A stretch of 64,000 nucleotides of DNA, from contig JBBRCQ010000003.1 of assembly GCA_038204725.1 (NCBI GenBank), forward strand, positions 11,287 to 75,286, in the 5' to 3' direction. Below are positions 1 through 10,082 of the stretch, piece after piece. The DNA is from Bacteroidales bacterium. Its GTDB lineage: Bacteria; Bacteroidota; Bacteroidia; Bacteroidales; JACABE01. The notes below the pieces were generated by a model that was not told the origin of the DNA, ran no database searches, and saw only the letters and a program-made list of their open reading frames with translations. Made by a program: the position numbers and the translations under genes. The first letter of the stretch is position 1, and each line of letters begins with the position of its first letter.

Positions 1-31
1 TATTATACGTTTTGCATTTTTTACACCTTAT

Positions 32-1930
32 TTATTTGATAATATCCACACTTCTTTTGATAAATTCAGTCATGGCTTCACCTTTTAACAAATTTTGCGA
101 TAACAATGCTAAATCCGTCAATTGTTTTACTGTTTTTTTCTGATTGATTTGATCACTGTCATTTAATATTTGAGAAATAAGCGGATGATTAATATTAACA
201 ACCATGTTGTACATTTCAGGCATGTTACCCATGTATGACATTCCACCACCCATGGCCGACATGTCTTTCATCCTGCGCATAAATTCGGGCTGAGTGATCA
301 ACACCGGCTGGTCGGTTTCGCTCATGCTTTCCAAGATGATGCTGAATTTTGATTTTTCTATATTTTGTTCGAAAATGGGTTTTAGTTTTTCTTTTTCAGC
401 ATCACTCAGTTTAGATGGAATTTCTTCTTCTTTTTTAATGAGTTTATCAATGGTATCAGCATCTACTCTTACAAAAGAAATATTATCCAATTTTCTTTCC
501 ATCAAATTAATAAAATGACTATCCAGAACGCCATCCATCACCAAAACATCATATCCTTTTTCTTTCGCCAGTTGTATGTAACTATGCTGTCCTTCAACAT
601 GGTTTGTATACAGATAAACTATTTTTTTATCCGTATCGGTTTGAAGACCCTGAACGGCATCTTTGTAAGTATCGAATGTAAAGCATTTTCCTTCAGTATT
701 TTTAAGCAAACAGAATTTTTCGGCTCTTTCGGCAAATTTTTCTTCTGTAATCATACCGTACTCGATAAATACCTTGATATCATCCCATTTGGTTTCAAAT
801 TCTTCACGTTTGTTTTTGAAAATATCTTCCAGTTTATCTGCAACTTTTTTAGTGATGTGGCTCGAAATTTTCTTTACATTGGCATCACTTTGCAAATAAC
901 TACGTGATACATTCAATGGAATATCCGGTGAATCGAGTACACCATGCAACAATGTTAAAAAATCAGGCACGATGCCTTCTACTGAATCGGTTACAAATAC
1001 TTGATTGCAATACAATTGGATTTTATCTTTTTGTACTTCCAGGTTTTTCTTTACTTTTGGAAAATACAACACACCGGTAAGGTTAAACGGATAATCTACA
1101 TTTAAATGGATGTTGAACAATGGTTCGTCAAAAGTATAGGGATATAGTTCGTGATAGAATTTTGAATAATCCTCATCATTTAATTCTGAAGGTTTGATGG
1201 TCCAAAGAGGTTTGGTATTGTTGATGATGCGTGGATTTTCAACTTCGATGGTTTTGTCTTCTCCTTTTTCGTCTTTTTCGCCTTCAACTTTTTCAAAGGT
1301 TTTTTCTGTTCCAAATTGAATGGCAACCGGTAAGAATTTACAGTATTTTTTTAGTAAATCCAGTAATTTATGTTCTTCCAAAAATGCCTCAGAATCTTCG
1401 GCAATATGAAGAATAATATCAGTTCCTCTTTCTTCTTTCTTGATTTCGCTCAGGCTGTATTCAGGACTGCCATCACACACCCATTTTACCGCTTTGCTGT
1501 CGGCAATGTATGATTTGGTATGAATTTCAACTTCTTTTGAAACCATAAAGGACGAATAAAAACCAAGTCCGAAATGTCCAATCAAAGCATGTGTGTCAGC
1601 ATCACTTTTATCTTTGTATTTTTCTACAAATTCTTCTGCACCTGAAAAAGCAATCTGGTTGATGTATTTTTCAACTTCTTCTTCTGTCATCCCGATGCCT
1701 TTGTCGCTGATGGTTATCGTTTTTTTCTCTTTATCAAAAGCAATCTGAACGGTTAAATCGCCCAGTTCACCTTTAAATTTACCTAAAGAAGAAAGGGTTT
1801 TTAATTTCTGACTGGCATCTACCGCATTGGAAATAAGTTCTCTTAAAAATATTTCATGATCAGAATAGAGGAATTTTTTGATGATTGGAAAAATATTTTC
1901 CGTTTGAACGTTTATCTTACCTTTTTGCAT
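32..1930 (-). CDS. htpG: Molecular chaperone HtpG (Hsp90 family)
   Basis: 632-aa ORF with ATG start. It has the N-terminal GHKL ATPase motifs 'FLRELISNAVDASQKL' and 'GHFGLGFYSSF' and is full-length collinear with bacterial HtpG. Confidence 0.95.
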   Translation of the reverse strand: MQKGKINVQTENIFPIIKKFLYSDHEIFLRELISNAVDASQKLKTLSSLGKFKGELGDLTVQIAFDKEKKTITISDKGIGMTEEEVEKYINQIAFSGAEEFVEKYKDKSDADTHALIGHFGLGFYSSFMVSKEVEIHTKSYIADSKAVKWVCDGSPEYSLSEIKKEERGTDIILHIAEDSEAFLEEHKLLDLLKKYCKFLPVAIQFGTEKTFEKVEGEKDEKGEDKTIEVENPRIINNTKPLWTIKPSELNDEDYSKFYHELYPYTFDEPLFNIHLNVDYPFNLTGVLYFPKVKKNLEVQKDKIQLYCNQVFVTDSVEGIVPDFLTLLHGVLDSPDIPLNVSRSYLQSDANVKKISSHITKKVADKLEDIFKNKREEFETKWDDIKVFIEYGMITEEKFAERAEKFCLLKNTEGKCFTFDTYKDAVQGLQTDTDKKIVYLYTNHVEGQHSYIQLAKEKGYDVLVMDGVLDSHFINLMERKLDNISFVRVDADTIDKLIKKEEEIPSKLSDAEKEKLKPIFEQNIEKSKFSIILESMSETDQPVLITQPEFMRRMKDMSAMGGGMSYMGNMPEMYNMVVNINHPLISQILNDSDQINQKKTVKQLTDLALLSQNLLKGEAMTEFIKRSVDIIK

Positions 1931-1980
1931 TGTATTAGATTTTTAATTTTTTCTGTCAGTATCAAAGCCTATGCCAATAG

Positions 1981-2009
1981 AAATAACATGACATTTTGTC
2001 ATGTTATTT
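1981..2009. promoter_or_regulatory. Perfect 13-bp inverted repeat (aaataacatgaca-ttt-tgtcatgttattt) about 50-80 nt upstream of the htpG start. Candidate operator or 5'-UTR hairpin.
   Basis: The arms 1981-1993 and 1997-2009 are exact reverse complements. The repeat lies in the htpG/ilvE divergent intergenic region. Confidence 0.35.
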
Positions 2010-2293
2010 CAGCATCTGGAGTTAAGAATTGACATGAATACTTATATTTAAATGGGTTTTTCTCTTTATTATTACGCATTTATATATTATCATCTCAAAT
2101 TATTTAAAATTGGAAATAAGGAAGATTGATTATTAATTTCATTCATTCATCGGTATATCATCATTTTAACAATTATTATGTGTAAAGAATTTTCTTTTTT
2201 TCAATATATAACATCTAATTGGAAATAAATTTTTAATTTTACAACGTTTTAAAAACAGTTTTAAAACAAAGAAAAACGTTAATATACAAAGAC

Positions 2294-3313
2294 ATGGATA
2301 CTATTGACTGGAAAAATTTACCATTTGGTTATTTTAAAACCGATTATAACGTACGTTGTTATTTTCGTAATAATAAATGGGGTCAACTCGAAATTTCTTC
2401 TTCGGAATATGTGAATATTCACATGGCAGCAACTGCCTTGCATTACGGACAGGAAGCCTTTGAAGGTTTGAAAGCTTTCAGAGGAAAAGATGGTAAAATC
2501 AGGATTTTCCGTTTGGAAGAAAACGCCAAACGTATGCAGAGTTCTGCTTATGGAATTATGATGGCCGAAGTGCCTACCGAATTGTTTAAAGAAGCCATAC
2601 TTACAGCGGTTAAAATGAACGAAAAATTTATTCCGCCATACGGAATGGGTGCTTCTTTATACATTCGTCCAGTGTTATATGGTTCAGGTGCTCAGGTGGG
2701 TGTAAAACCAGCCGATGAGTATTTGTTCAACGTTTTTGTAGGCCCTGTAGGTGCATACTTTAAAGAAGGATTCAATCCTGTAAGTATTCAGATTGTTCGC
2801 GATTACGACAGAGCGGCTCCGCTTGGAACCGGTTGTTATAAAGTGGGTGGCAACTACGCTGCAAGTTTGAGAGCCGGCGAAAGAGCACATGAAGAAGGAT
2901 TTGCTTCTGTATTGTTTCTTGATGCCAGAGAAAAAAAATACATTGACGAAGCGGGTCCTGCCAATTTCTTTGCTATCAAAGATAAAAAATACATTACTCC
3001 TTCTTCAAATTCAATATTACCTTCTATTACCAATATGAGTCTCCGCCAGTTGGCAGAAGATATGGGCTTAACGGTTGAACAACGTCATGTAAGCGTTGAA
3101 GAACTCGATTCTTTTGAAGAAGTAGGTGCTTGCGGAACCGCTGCTGTTATTTCTCCTATTAAGAGAATTCAGGATCGTGATACCAAAAAAGAGTATTTGT
3201 ATTGCAAAGATGGTAAAGCAGGTCCTGTTTCAACCAAACTTTACAATATGCTTAGGGCTATTCAAGAAGGTGAAGTTGAAGATAAATACAACTGGAATAC
3301 TATTGTTGAATAA
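2294..3313 (+). CDS. ilvE: Branched-chain amino acid aminotransferase
   Basis: 339 aa. Motifs 'HYGQEAFEGLKAF', 'LYIRP', 'GTGCYKVGGNYAAS' and 'GACGTAAVISP' are typical of class IV PLP BCAT. Confidence 0.9.
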   Translation: MDTIDWKNLPFGYFKTDYNVRCYFRNNKWGQLEISSSEYVNIHMAATALHYGQEAFEGLKAFRGKDGKIRIFRLEENAKRMQSSAYGIMMAEVPTELFKEAILTAVKMNEKFIPPYGMGASLYIRPVLYGSGAQVGVKPADEYLFNVFVGPVGAYFKEGFNPVSIQIVRDYDRAAPLGTGCYKVGGNYAASLRAGERAHEEGFASVLFLDAREKKYIDEAGPANFFAIKDKKYITPSSNSILPSITNMSLRQLAEDMGLTVEQRHVSVEELDSFEEVGACGTAAVISPIKRIQDRDTKKEYLYCKDGKAGPVSTKLYNMLRAIQEGEVEDKYNWNTIVE

Positions 3314-3333
3314 AACTTCTTATGAAAATACAA

Positions 3334-3359
3334 TAACGCTCCGGATAGGGGCGTTTTTG
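3334..3359 (+). terminator. Rho-independent terminator after ilvE
   Basis: Hairpin aacgctcc-ggat-aggggcgtt followed by a TTTTTG tract, about 20 nt after the stop codon. Confidence 0.6.
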
Positions 3360-3402
3360 TTTATTGAATGATTGGGTTATTGCTTCGCGTTTCGTTCTCT
3401 TA

Positions 3403-3529
3403 CTTCACACTTCGACACTTCGACAAGCTCAGTGACCAAAGCTCAATAACCGTCGTAAGAAATTGTAGCTCGGGACTGAGCGAAAGCTCAGTTTACTTTT
3501 AATTTAACTATTAACCTTTAATCTTAAAA
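3403..3529 (+). repeat. Word-type intergenic spacer: ACACTTCG repeats, a GAAA-tetraloop hairpin and a G-free TTAAC leader before pgk
   Basis: 'cttcacacttcgacacttcgaca' at 3403-3425; 'actgagc-gaaa-gctcagt' at 3475-3492; 'ttaatttaactattaacctttaatcttaaaa' at 3499-3529. Confidence 0.6.
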
Positions 3530-3537
3530 TTCATCCC

Positions 3538-4848
3538 ATGGAAAATCTTCAAATACCTCTCATTCAGCAAGCCGACTTAAAAGGGAAAGTCGTTTTGGTT
3601 AGAGTAGATCATAATGTTGTAAAAAACGGAATCATTCACGATCCTTACCGCATTGATGCTACCATCGGAACCTTGTTTCATATCATTTCCAAAGGTGGAA
3701 AAATCATTCTGATGACGCATGTAGGTCGTCCGAAAGATAAAAAAACAGGAGAAATCAATATCAGCGAAAAGACTTCTATTCAGCCCATTGTAGATTATTT
3801 GCAGCAGAAGCTGCATATTACGCTGAAAGTACCTGAGTTTTTTGCCCATGAAAAGCAAGGTTACCTTGGCGTAGAAACTTCTGTCAATCATTTGATCCGT
3901 GAGCTAAAGGAAGGATTGATAGATGGAGTTTATTTGCCCAATACTCGTTGGTTTTCGGGTGAAGAAGCCAAAGGTGAGGAAGCAGACCGATTTGCGAATC
4001 AATTAGCCGGTTTAGCTGATATATTTATCAACGATGCTTTCGGATCCTGGCAGGCACATGCATCTACCGTTCAGGTAAGTAAATATTTGCCTTCTTATGC
4101 AGGCTTTTTGATGCAAAAGGAAATAGCCAATCTCGAAAGGATATACCATCCCGAAAGTCCGTTTTTGGCGGTGGTGGCTGGTTCAAAGTTCGATACCAAA
4201 ATTGATTCTCTTTTTGCTTTACTGGAAAAGGCAGATTATTTAGTGTTGGGCGGCGTAATTTATAATGCCTATCTGTGTGCAAAATACAATTTCACCATCA
4301 AAGGCATCGAAGAGGAGGATATGCAGCATGCTTTGGAGTTTGTAAAGTTTGCCAAAAAATACAAGAACAAAATAATTGAATTGCCTTATATTATTGAGTC
4401 TGATACAATGGAAGGCAGACTGGACGGAAAATACCGCATGAAAAACATCGCGGAAATCAAGCCGGGAACTACATTGAATTATGTGCTGGATATTGCCAAG
4501 GAATCGTTTCTTGAAAAAAATGTGATAAATGTATTTCATCAGGCCAAAACAATTTTTGTGAATGCTGTGATGGGCTATACACCTTATTTTAATGAAGGAA
4601 CCATTGCATTGGACGAGTTGATCGACAGCAATGTGAATGCGATTAAATTGTACGGAGGTGGCGATACCATGCAGGAACTCAAACGATTATTGCCGGGACT
4701 TTATATTTCGGCCCTCGACAGCCCCAATTATTATATATTTACAGGTGGCGGGGCAGTGTTAAAAGCTATTGAAAACGGCACTACAACCGGACTTGCACCC
4801 GTTAAGGCATTGATTGCATCAGGAGAAAAACAAAATAAAAATAAATAA
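3538..4848 (+). CDS. pgk: Phosphoglycerate kinase-like protein (long, divergent)
   Basis: 436 aa. PGK landmarks occur in the correct order: 'VLVRVDHNV', 'MTHVGRPK', 'LPNTRWFSGEE', 'INDAFGS', 'VVAGSKFDTKI', 'YGGGDT'. Confidence 0.75.
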   Translation: MENLQIPLIQQADLKGKVVLVRVDHNVVKNGIIHDPYRIDATIGTLFHIISKGGKIILMTHVGRPKDKKTGEINISEKTSIQPIVDYLQQKLHITLKVPEFFAHEKQGYLGVETSVNHLIRELKEGLIDGVYLPNTRWFSGEEAKGEEADRFANQLAGLADIFINDAFGSWQAHASTVQVSKYLPSYAGFLMQKEIANLERIYHPESPFLAVVAGSKFDTKIDSLFALLEKADYLVLGGVIYNAYLCAKYNFTIKGIEEEDMQHALEFVKFAKKYKNKIIELPYIIESDTMEGRLDGKYRMKNIAEIKPGTTLNYVLDIAKESFLEKNVINVFHQAKTIFVNAVMGYTPYFNEGTIALDELIDSNVNAIKLYGGGDTMQELKRLLPGLYISALDSPNYYIFTGGGAVLKAIENGTTTGLAPVKALIASGEKQNKNK

Positions 4849-4873
4849 CACAATTTCAACGTGGGTGGTTGTA

Positions 4874-5056
4874 ATTCAACGGGTTACTGAGAGTCACCCG
4901 TTGAATATCCTAATTTATTGCGAGGCTGTAAGTTAAAGTGCTAGCCTCACTCTAATTGAGACTATCACTTCAGTTTGTTCAATTACTTTCATCTTTTTGA
5001 TTGTTTTATTAATCTCTCCGTGTAACCCTGACAGGTTTAGAAACCCTGTCAGGGTT
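4874..5056 (+). repeat. Three consecutive hairpins downstream of pgk
   Basis: attcaacgggt/acccgttgaat (4874-4906, 11 bp); gaggct/agcctc (4922-4948); aaccctgacagg/cctgtcagggtt (5024-5056, 12 bp). Confidence 0.6.
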
Positions 5057-5208
5057 GACTAAGAAGAAAGTGGTCAATAATAATTATAAAATATTTTTAT
5101 TTTATTAACACTTAACTATTATTTAATGTATATTTGTAAGCAACTATTTTCAAAAAAATATTGTCTTACGCGTATATTGTAAATAATTAACCACTAAACA
5201 TCAAAAAA

Positions 5209-5922
5209 ATGAAAACAAACAGATTTTTTTACCCATTAGTAGTGTGTGTAATTGCCTTGATTACACTGAATGCATGTAAAAAGGATATAAATCCGGTATC
5301 CCCTACAAATTCACCAGTTGTACACATCATTCCTGTTGGAAATTATCCTTCCGGACTTGGAAATACTCCTGGCGTTCCAGTATGCAATCCATATATTTTA
5401 CCTGCCAATGTTGAGATTATTGGAGAAATTAAAAGTGCTGAATTTAAATCAGGATTTTACAATAAAGAAACACAAAATGTGAACGACTTTATTATCCTTC
5501 CAAAAACCAATTTTCTTGAATTAGGGTCAGGAACATACGTACAGGTATATTTGAAGTTTCACAATAAAAATGCACAACCCAAAACCTTGATTATTCCCGG
5601 AGGACTTTTGTTCTGTCCTGGCGACACTACCGCACAAACCGGTACTACTGTTCAAAACGATACCGTCATCATACCGGGTAACGACAGTATTGGATGTCAT
5701 ATCAGGACTTATTGTACAAATTTGAACAAACATGTGCCCAACAACACCACCTACAAAATGCTTGGCACAACCGTTCACAACGATTTATCTACGATGGTTA
5801 CTATTCTGAAAACTAAAAAGAAAATTACTCAAAATACAGAAATACAGAAAATTATCTGGGACATAACGGATCATGGCGGATTAACCGAGCAAGACAAAGC
5901 TTATTTAAATGCACTGCCATAA
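5209..5922 (+). CDS. Hypothetical lipoprotein
   Basis: 237 aa with a signal peptide and lipobox-like 'LITLNAC'. I recognise no other family. Confidence 0.55.
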   Translation: MKTNRFFYPLVVCVIALITLNACKKDINPVSPTNSPVVHIIPVGNYPSGLGNTPGVPVCNPYILPANVEIIGEIKSAEFKSGFYNKETQNVNDFIILPKTNFLELGSGTYVQVYLKFHNKNAQPKTLIIPGGLLFCPGDTTAQTGTTVQNDTVIIPGNDSIGCHIRTYCTNLNKHVPNNTTYKMLGTTVHNDLSTMVTILKTKKKITQNTEIQKIIWDITDHGGLTEQDKAYLNALP

Positions 5923-5950
5923 AATAAATTAATAATTGAAATTAATTCCG

Positions 5951-5989
5951 AAAAGCGGGGTTGTATCAAAATGATACAACCCCGCTTTT
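5951..5989. terminator. Bidirectional terminator between convergent genes
   Basis: 16-bp perfect stem aaagcggggttgtatc/gatacaaccccgcttt flanked by A/T runs. Confidence 0.75.
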
Positions 5990-5995
5990 CTATTT

Positions 5996-7825
5996 TTAAT
6001 CATCAGAAAAATGTTTAAGCATCTTACGGTAAGCAGAAAAAATATTCGCTCTGGAAACAAATCCAATGTATTTTCCTTCATTTAAAACCGGCAAATTATA
6101 ATTTCCTGATTCGTTGAACTTGTTGACAATGGTTTTCATTGTATCATAATATTCAACAGTATACGGAGGAACGATCATCAAATTCTTTATTAAAGTTTGA
6201 TGATAAAGTCCGGTATCAAAAATGATGTGTCTGATATCGTCCAGTACAACTACACCCTTAAAATTATTTTCATTATCCACAACCGGAAAAATATTTCTAT
6301 TGGATTTTGATATAATTTCAACCAGCGTTTTTAAATTAGCTTCAGGATTTACAGTATGAAAATTTGTTTCTACCAACTTGTCAATTTTCATCAGCGTCAA
6401 TACTGCTTTATCTTTATCATGTGTGATCAATTCGTCTCTTAATGCCAATCGTTTGGTATAGATAGAATGGGGCTCCCAATTTGAAATAGTCAAATAAGAT
6501 ATCGTAGAAGTTATTATCAAAGGGGTAAACAGCTGATATCCACCTGTAATTTCTGCGATTAAAAAAACAGCGGTTAATGGTGAATGCATCACACCGGACA
6601 TGATGCCAGCCATCCCTATCAGTGCAAAATTGATCTCAGAAACATTAGCAATACCGCTAACATTAAGCGTTCTGGCAACAAAAAAACCTGTAATTCCTCC
6701 CATAAACAATGAAGGAGCAAAGATCCCTCCTACTCCACCACTTCCGTTGGTGACAGCCATTGCCACTACTTTAAAGAAAAGAATGGCAAGCAATGCACCC
6801 GGGAAAAGCCATAAATCATTCTTCAAAAAATAAAAAAAACTCGTCTGTAACAACTCGTTGCCTTTTCCATGCAGTACCATATTCAACACATCATACCCTT
6901 CGCCATACAACGAAGGAAATATAAATATCAAAACACCTAAAATTACACCACCTAAAATTATTTTGTAATATTGATTCTTAATCAGTTTAAACCATTCTTC
7001 AATTTTCATTGAAATCTTTGTAAAGTAAAGCGATACAAATCCACAAACAATACCCAGTATAATAAAAAAAGGTATGTTTCGTAATATGAAAGGTGTGGTT
7101 ACATCAAAAGAAAACAACACTCCTTTACCCATTAGAAAATACGAAAGTGAAGATGCTGTAATGGCTGATATCAATAATGGAATCAAATTGACAATGGTTA
7201 GATCCAGCATCAATACTTCTATTACAAATACAATACCGGCAATAGGTGCTTTAAAAATACCTGCAATAGCGCCCGCTGCACCACAGCCAATCAAAAGAAT
7301 GGTAGTTTTATAATTTAACCTGAACAGTTTACCCAATGTAGAACCAATAGAACTGCCAGTAGCAACAATTGGGGCTTCTAAACCTACAGATCCCCCAAAG
7401 GCAACTGTTAATGTACTGGCTATCATGGATGAATAATTGTTATGAGGCTTCATCCTTCCGCCATTTTTACTAATAGCATACAAAACCCTCGAAACCCCAT
7501 GACCAATATCATCTTTTACAAAAAACCGGATATACATCACCGTTAAAAAGATGCCTATCATTGGATAAGCAAGATACCAGTAGTTTTCGCTATCTTTCGC
7601 AAAATTGACAGTTAATAAATCATGTGTGTAAAAAGCAGTATTCTTGAGCAATACTGCGGCTAAACCACTTAACAACCCAATTACAAGGCTGAGTAAGAGC
7701 ACAAAACGTTGATTGCTGATGTGTCGCAGCCTCCATACGAATAAACGGTTGATGATTTTTTTTGCTTCCATTATTGCTGCAAACTTATGATTTTTTTTGT
7801 TAACCTGCCCATTTTTATTACACAT
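5996..7825 (-). CDS. ClC-family chloride channel/transporter with a C-terminal CBS pair
   Basis: 609 aa. Motifs 'GGSVGLEAPIV', 'GIFKAPIAG' and 'GGIFAPSLFMG', multi-TM, with a CBS-like C-terminus. An alternative ATG at 7771 (MEAKKI...) is possible. Confidence 0.9.
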   Translation of the reverse strand: MCNKNGQVNKKNHKFAAIMEAKKIINRLFVWRLRHISNQRFVLLLSLVIGLLSGLAAVLLKNTAFYTHDLLTVNFAKDSENYWYLAYPMIGIFLTVMYIRFFVKDDIGHGVSRVLYAISKNGGRMKPHNNYSSMIASTLTVAFGGSVGLEAPIVATGSSIGSTLGKLFRLNYKTTILLIGCGAAGAIAGIFKAPIAGIVFVIEVLMLDLTIVNLIPLLISAITASSLSYFLMGKGVLFSFDVTTPFILRNIPFFIILGIVCGFVSLYFTKISMKIEEWFKLIKNQYYKIILGGVILGVLIFIFPSLYGEGYDVLNMVLHGKGNELLQTSFFYFLKNDLWLFPGALLAILFFKVVAMAVTNGSGGVGGIFAPSLFMGGITGFFVARTLNVSGIANVSEINFALIGMAGIMSGVMHSPLTAVFLIAEITGGYQLFTPLIITSTISYLTISNWEPHSIYTKRLALRDELITHDKDKAVLTLMKIDKLVETNFHTVNPEANLKTLVEIISKSNRNIFPVVDNENNFKGVVVLDDIRHIIFDTGLYHQTLIKNLMIVPPYTVEYYDTMKTIVNKFNESGNYNLPVLNEGKYIGFVSRANIFSAYRKMLKHFSDD

Positions 7826-8051
7826 AACAAGGATAAATTCAAAAAATAAGTATTAAAAATATTTTTTAAAGGCTAATTTTTTAAAAATCAATTTTATCCA
7901 TACTCCTCTAAATAACACTATTTTAATGACTAAAAACAAATACATTACTCACCTAACAATTACCTCATTGAGTTGTTCTGATTTAAAAACATTGTTATTC
8001 GAAAAACTCTTGCTATTTTTGCTATTAAGAAATATTTAAATTCAAAACCTT

Positions 8052-10082
8052 ATGCAAAAAATTACTTTATTTTTATTCGCATCCTTAATGATGACAATTA
8101 TAGTAAAAACAAATGCACAAACCATGAGTTCAATTCCTCAAACAACTATCCAAAATACGATACAATTGTTATCCGGGAAATATGGTGAAACCAATAAATT
8201 TCGCATTTCTAAAGGGGTTCAACAAACGGCTGCTTTCTGGACTCCAGTTGATGGCAGTCCCGAAATTTTTCAAACTTTTTGCACTGATAATTTTATCGTG
8301 GATGCAAAAGATTTGGATGATGTTTTTCAAAAAATTTCTACCAATCTCGAGATACTAATGGGCAATTACAACAAAATAAGTGTTGATTTAAAACTCCCGC
8401 TTCATCTGGATATGGGCAAACTTTTACCCGTTGATGAAATTTTTGGCAGTTATGATGTATCAGCGCATTTTAACGATGATATGTTTAATAACAAACTGGC
8501 ATTCATTACTTTGTTGAACTTTCCGTTTTATTCACTGAAAGAAAAAACCGAATTGGGTAAAACCTGGACCCGTAAGCAATGGGCTTATGCACGCATGGGC
8601 GACTTATTTACTTCAAGGGTTCCTGCTGAGATTTTGCTTAAAGTTGCGGAAGCACAAACTGCTTCAGATACTTATATATCTGATTACAATATCATGATGG
8701 GATGTTTGCTCAACAATAAAGGCAAAACATTGTTTCAGAAAGACATGAAATTGATTACACACTGGGGTTTACGCGACGAATTGAAATCAAACTATACCAA
8801 AGCCGGTTTCGAAAAACAACAAATGATATACGAAGTGATGAAACACATCATATATCAGGACATTCCTGCAAGTGTTATCAATAACAATAAACAACTATGG
8901 AATCCATTCACTAACAAAGTGATTGAGAACAACATAGAGATTGCTGTAAAACCTGAACCTGATACCCGTTATTTACAATTACTCAACAATTTCAAAGCAT
9001 TGAAAGCTGTGGATGTATATAGTCCTCAATACCCTACATTTATTCACCGTGCATTCGATCAGGGTATGGAAATCCCACAGCAGGATGTTGAAAAATTATT
9101 TATTGAATTTATTTCGTCACCTCAGGTAAAACAAGTTGCAACATTAATCAGCAAGAGACTGGACAGAAAGCTACAACCCTTTGATATCTGGTACGATGGG
9201 TTTAAATCGCGCAGTACGATGAACGAAGATGTGCTAACAGCCAAAACTAAAGCCAAATACCCAACCCGTGAAGCTTTTGAAAATGATTTACCATCCATTC
9301 TGGTAAAACTTGGATTTACAAGAGAAAAAGCTGAATTTATCACTTCCAGAATAACTGTGGATGCTTCACGAGGTGCCGGACATGCCTGGGGAGCATTGAT
9401 GAAATCTGACAAAGCGCGTTTGCGTACCCGTATTGGGGCAGATGGCATGAATTATAAAGGATATAATATTGCTGTGCACGAATTCGGACACAATGTAGAA
9501 CAAACCCTATCGTTACAAAATGTAGATTATTATATTCTTAACGGAGTTCCCAATACAGCCTTTACAGAAGCCCTTGCTTTTATTTTTCAAAAAAGAGATC
9601 TTGAATTACTGGACATTAAAAATGAAGATATCAACAAAAAGCACATGGCTGCATTGGATAATTTCTGGGCATGTTACGAAATTATGGGTGTTTCGTTGGT
9701 AGACATGAATGTGTGGAAATGGTTGTACCAACATCCGGATGCAACTCCTGCCCAGTTAAAAGAAACCGTTGTGAACATTTCAAAAGAAGTATGGAATAAA
9801 TATTATGCCACTGTTTTTGGAATAAAAGACCAACCCATACTTGCTATCTATTCGCACATGATTGATGCACCCCTTTATTTATCAGCTTACCCGGTGGGAC
9901 ATTTGATAGATTTTCAGGTTGAAAAACAAATGGAAGGCAAAAACTTTGCTGAAGAAGTAATAAGAATGTACACACAGGGTAGAGTTATTCCTCAAATCTG
10001 GATGAAGAATGCCGTAGTTAAGGAAATTTCTATACAACCCATGATGGAAGCCACTGTGGAGGCGTTGAAAGTTATCAGGTAG
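8052..10082 (+). CDS. Secreted putative zinc metallopeptidase (gluzincin-like)
   Basis: 676 aa with a signal peptide. It has 'HEFGHNVEQ' (HEXXH) and 'FTEALAF' about 27 residues downstream. The family is not identified. Confidence 0.55.
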   Translation: MQKITLFLFASLMMTIIVKTNAQTMSSIPQTTIQNTIQLLSGKYGETNKFRISKGVQQTAAFWTPVDGSPEIFQTFCTDNFIVDAKDLDDVFQKISTNLEILMGNYNKISVDLKLPLHLDMGKLLPVDEIFGSYDVSAHFNDDMFNNKLAFITLLNFPFYSLKEKTELGKTWTRKQWAYARMGDLFTSRVPAEILLKVAEAQTASDTYISDYNIMMGCLLNNKGKTLFQKDMKLITHWGLRDELKSNYTKAGFEKQQMIYEVMKHIIYQDIPASVINNNKQLWNPFTNKVIENNIEIAVKPEPDTRYLQLLNNFKALKAVDVYSPQYPTFIHRAFDQGMEIPQQDVEKLFIEFISSPQVKQVATLISKRLDRKLQPFDIWYDGFKSRSTMNEDVLTAKTKAKYPTREAFENDLPSILVKLGFTREKAEFITSRITVDASRGAGHAWGALMKSDKARLRTRIGADGMNYKGYNIAVHEFGHNVEQTLSLQNVDYYILNGVPNTAFTEALAFIFQKRDLELLDIKNEDINKKHMAALDNFWACYEIMGVSLVDMNVWKWLYQHPDATPAQLKETVVNISKEVWNKYYATVFGIKDQPILAIYSHMIDAPLYLSAYPVGHLIDFQVEKQMEGKNFAEEVIRMYTQGRVIPQIWMKNAVVKEISIQPMMEATVEALKVIR

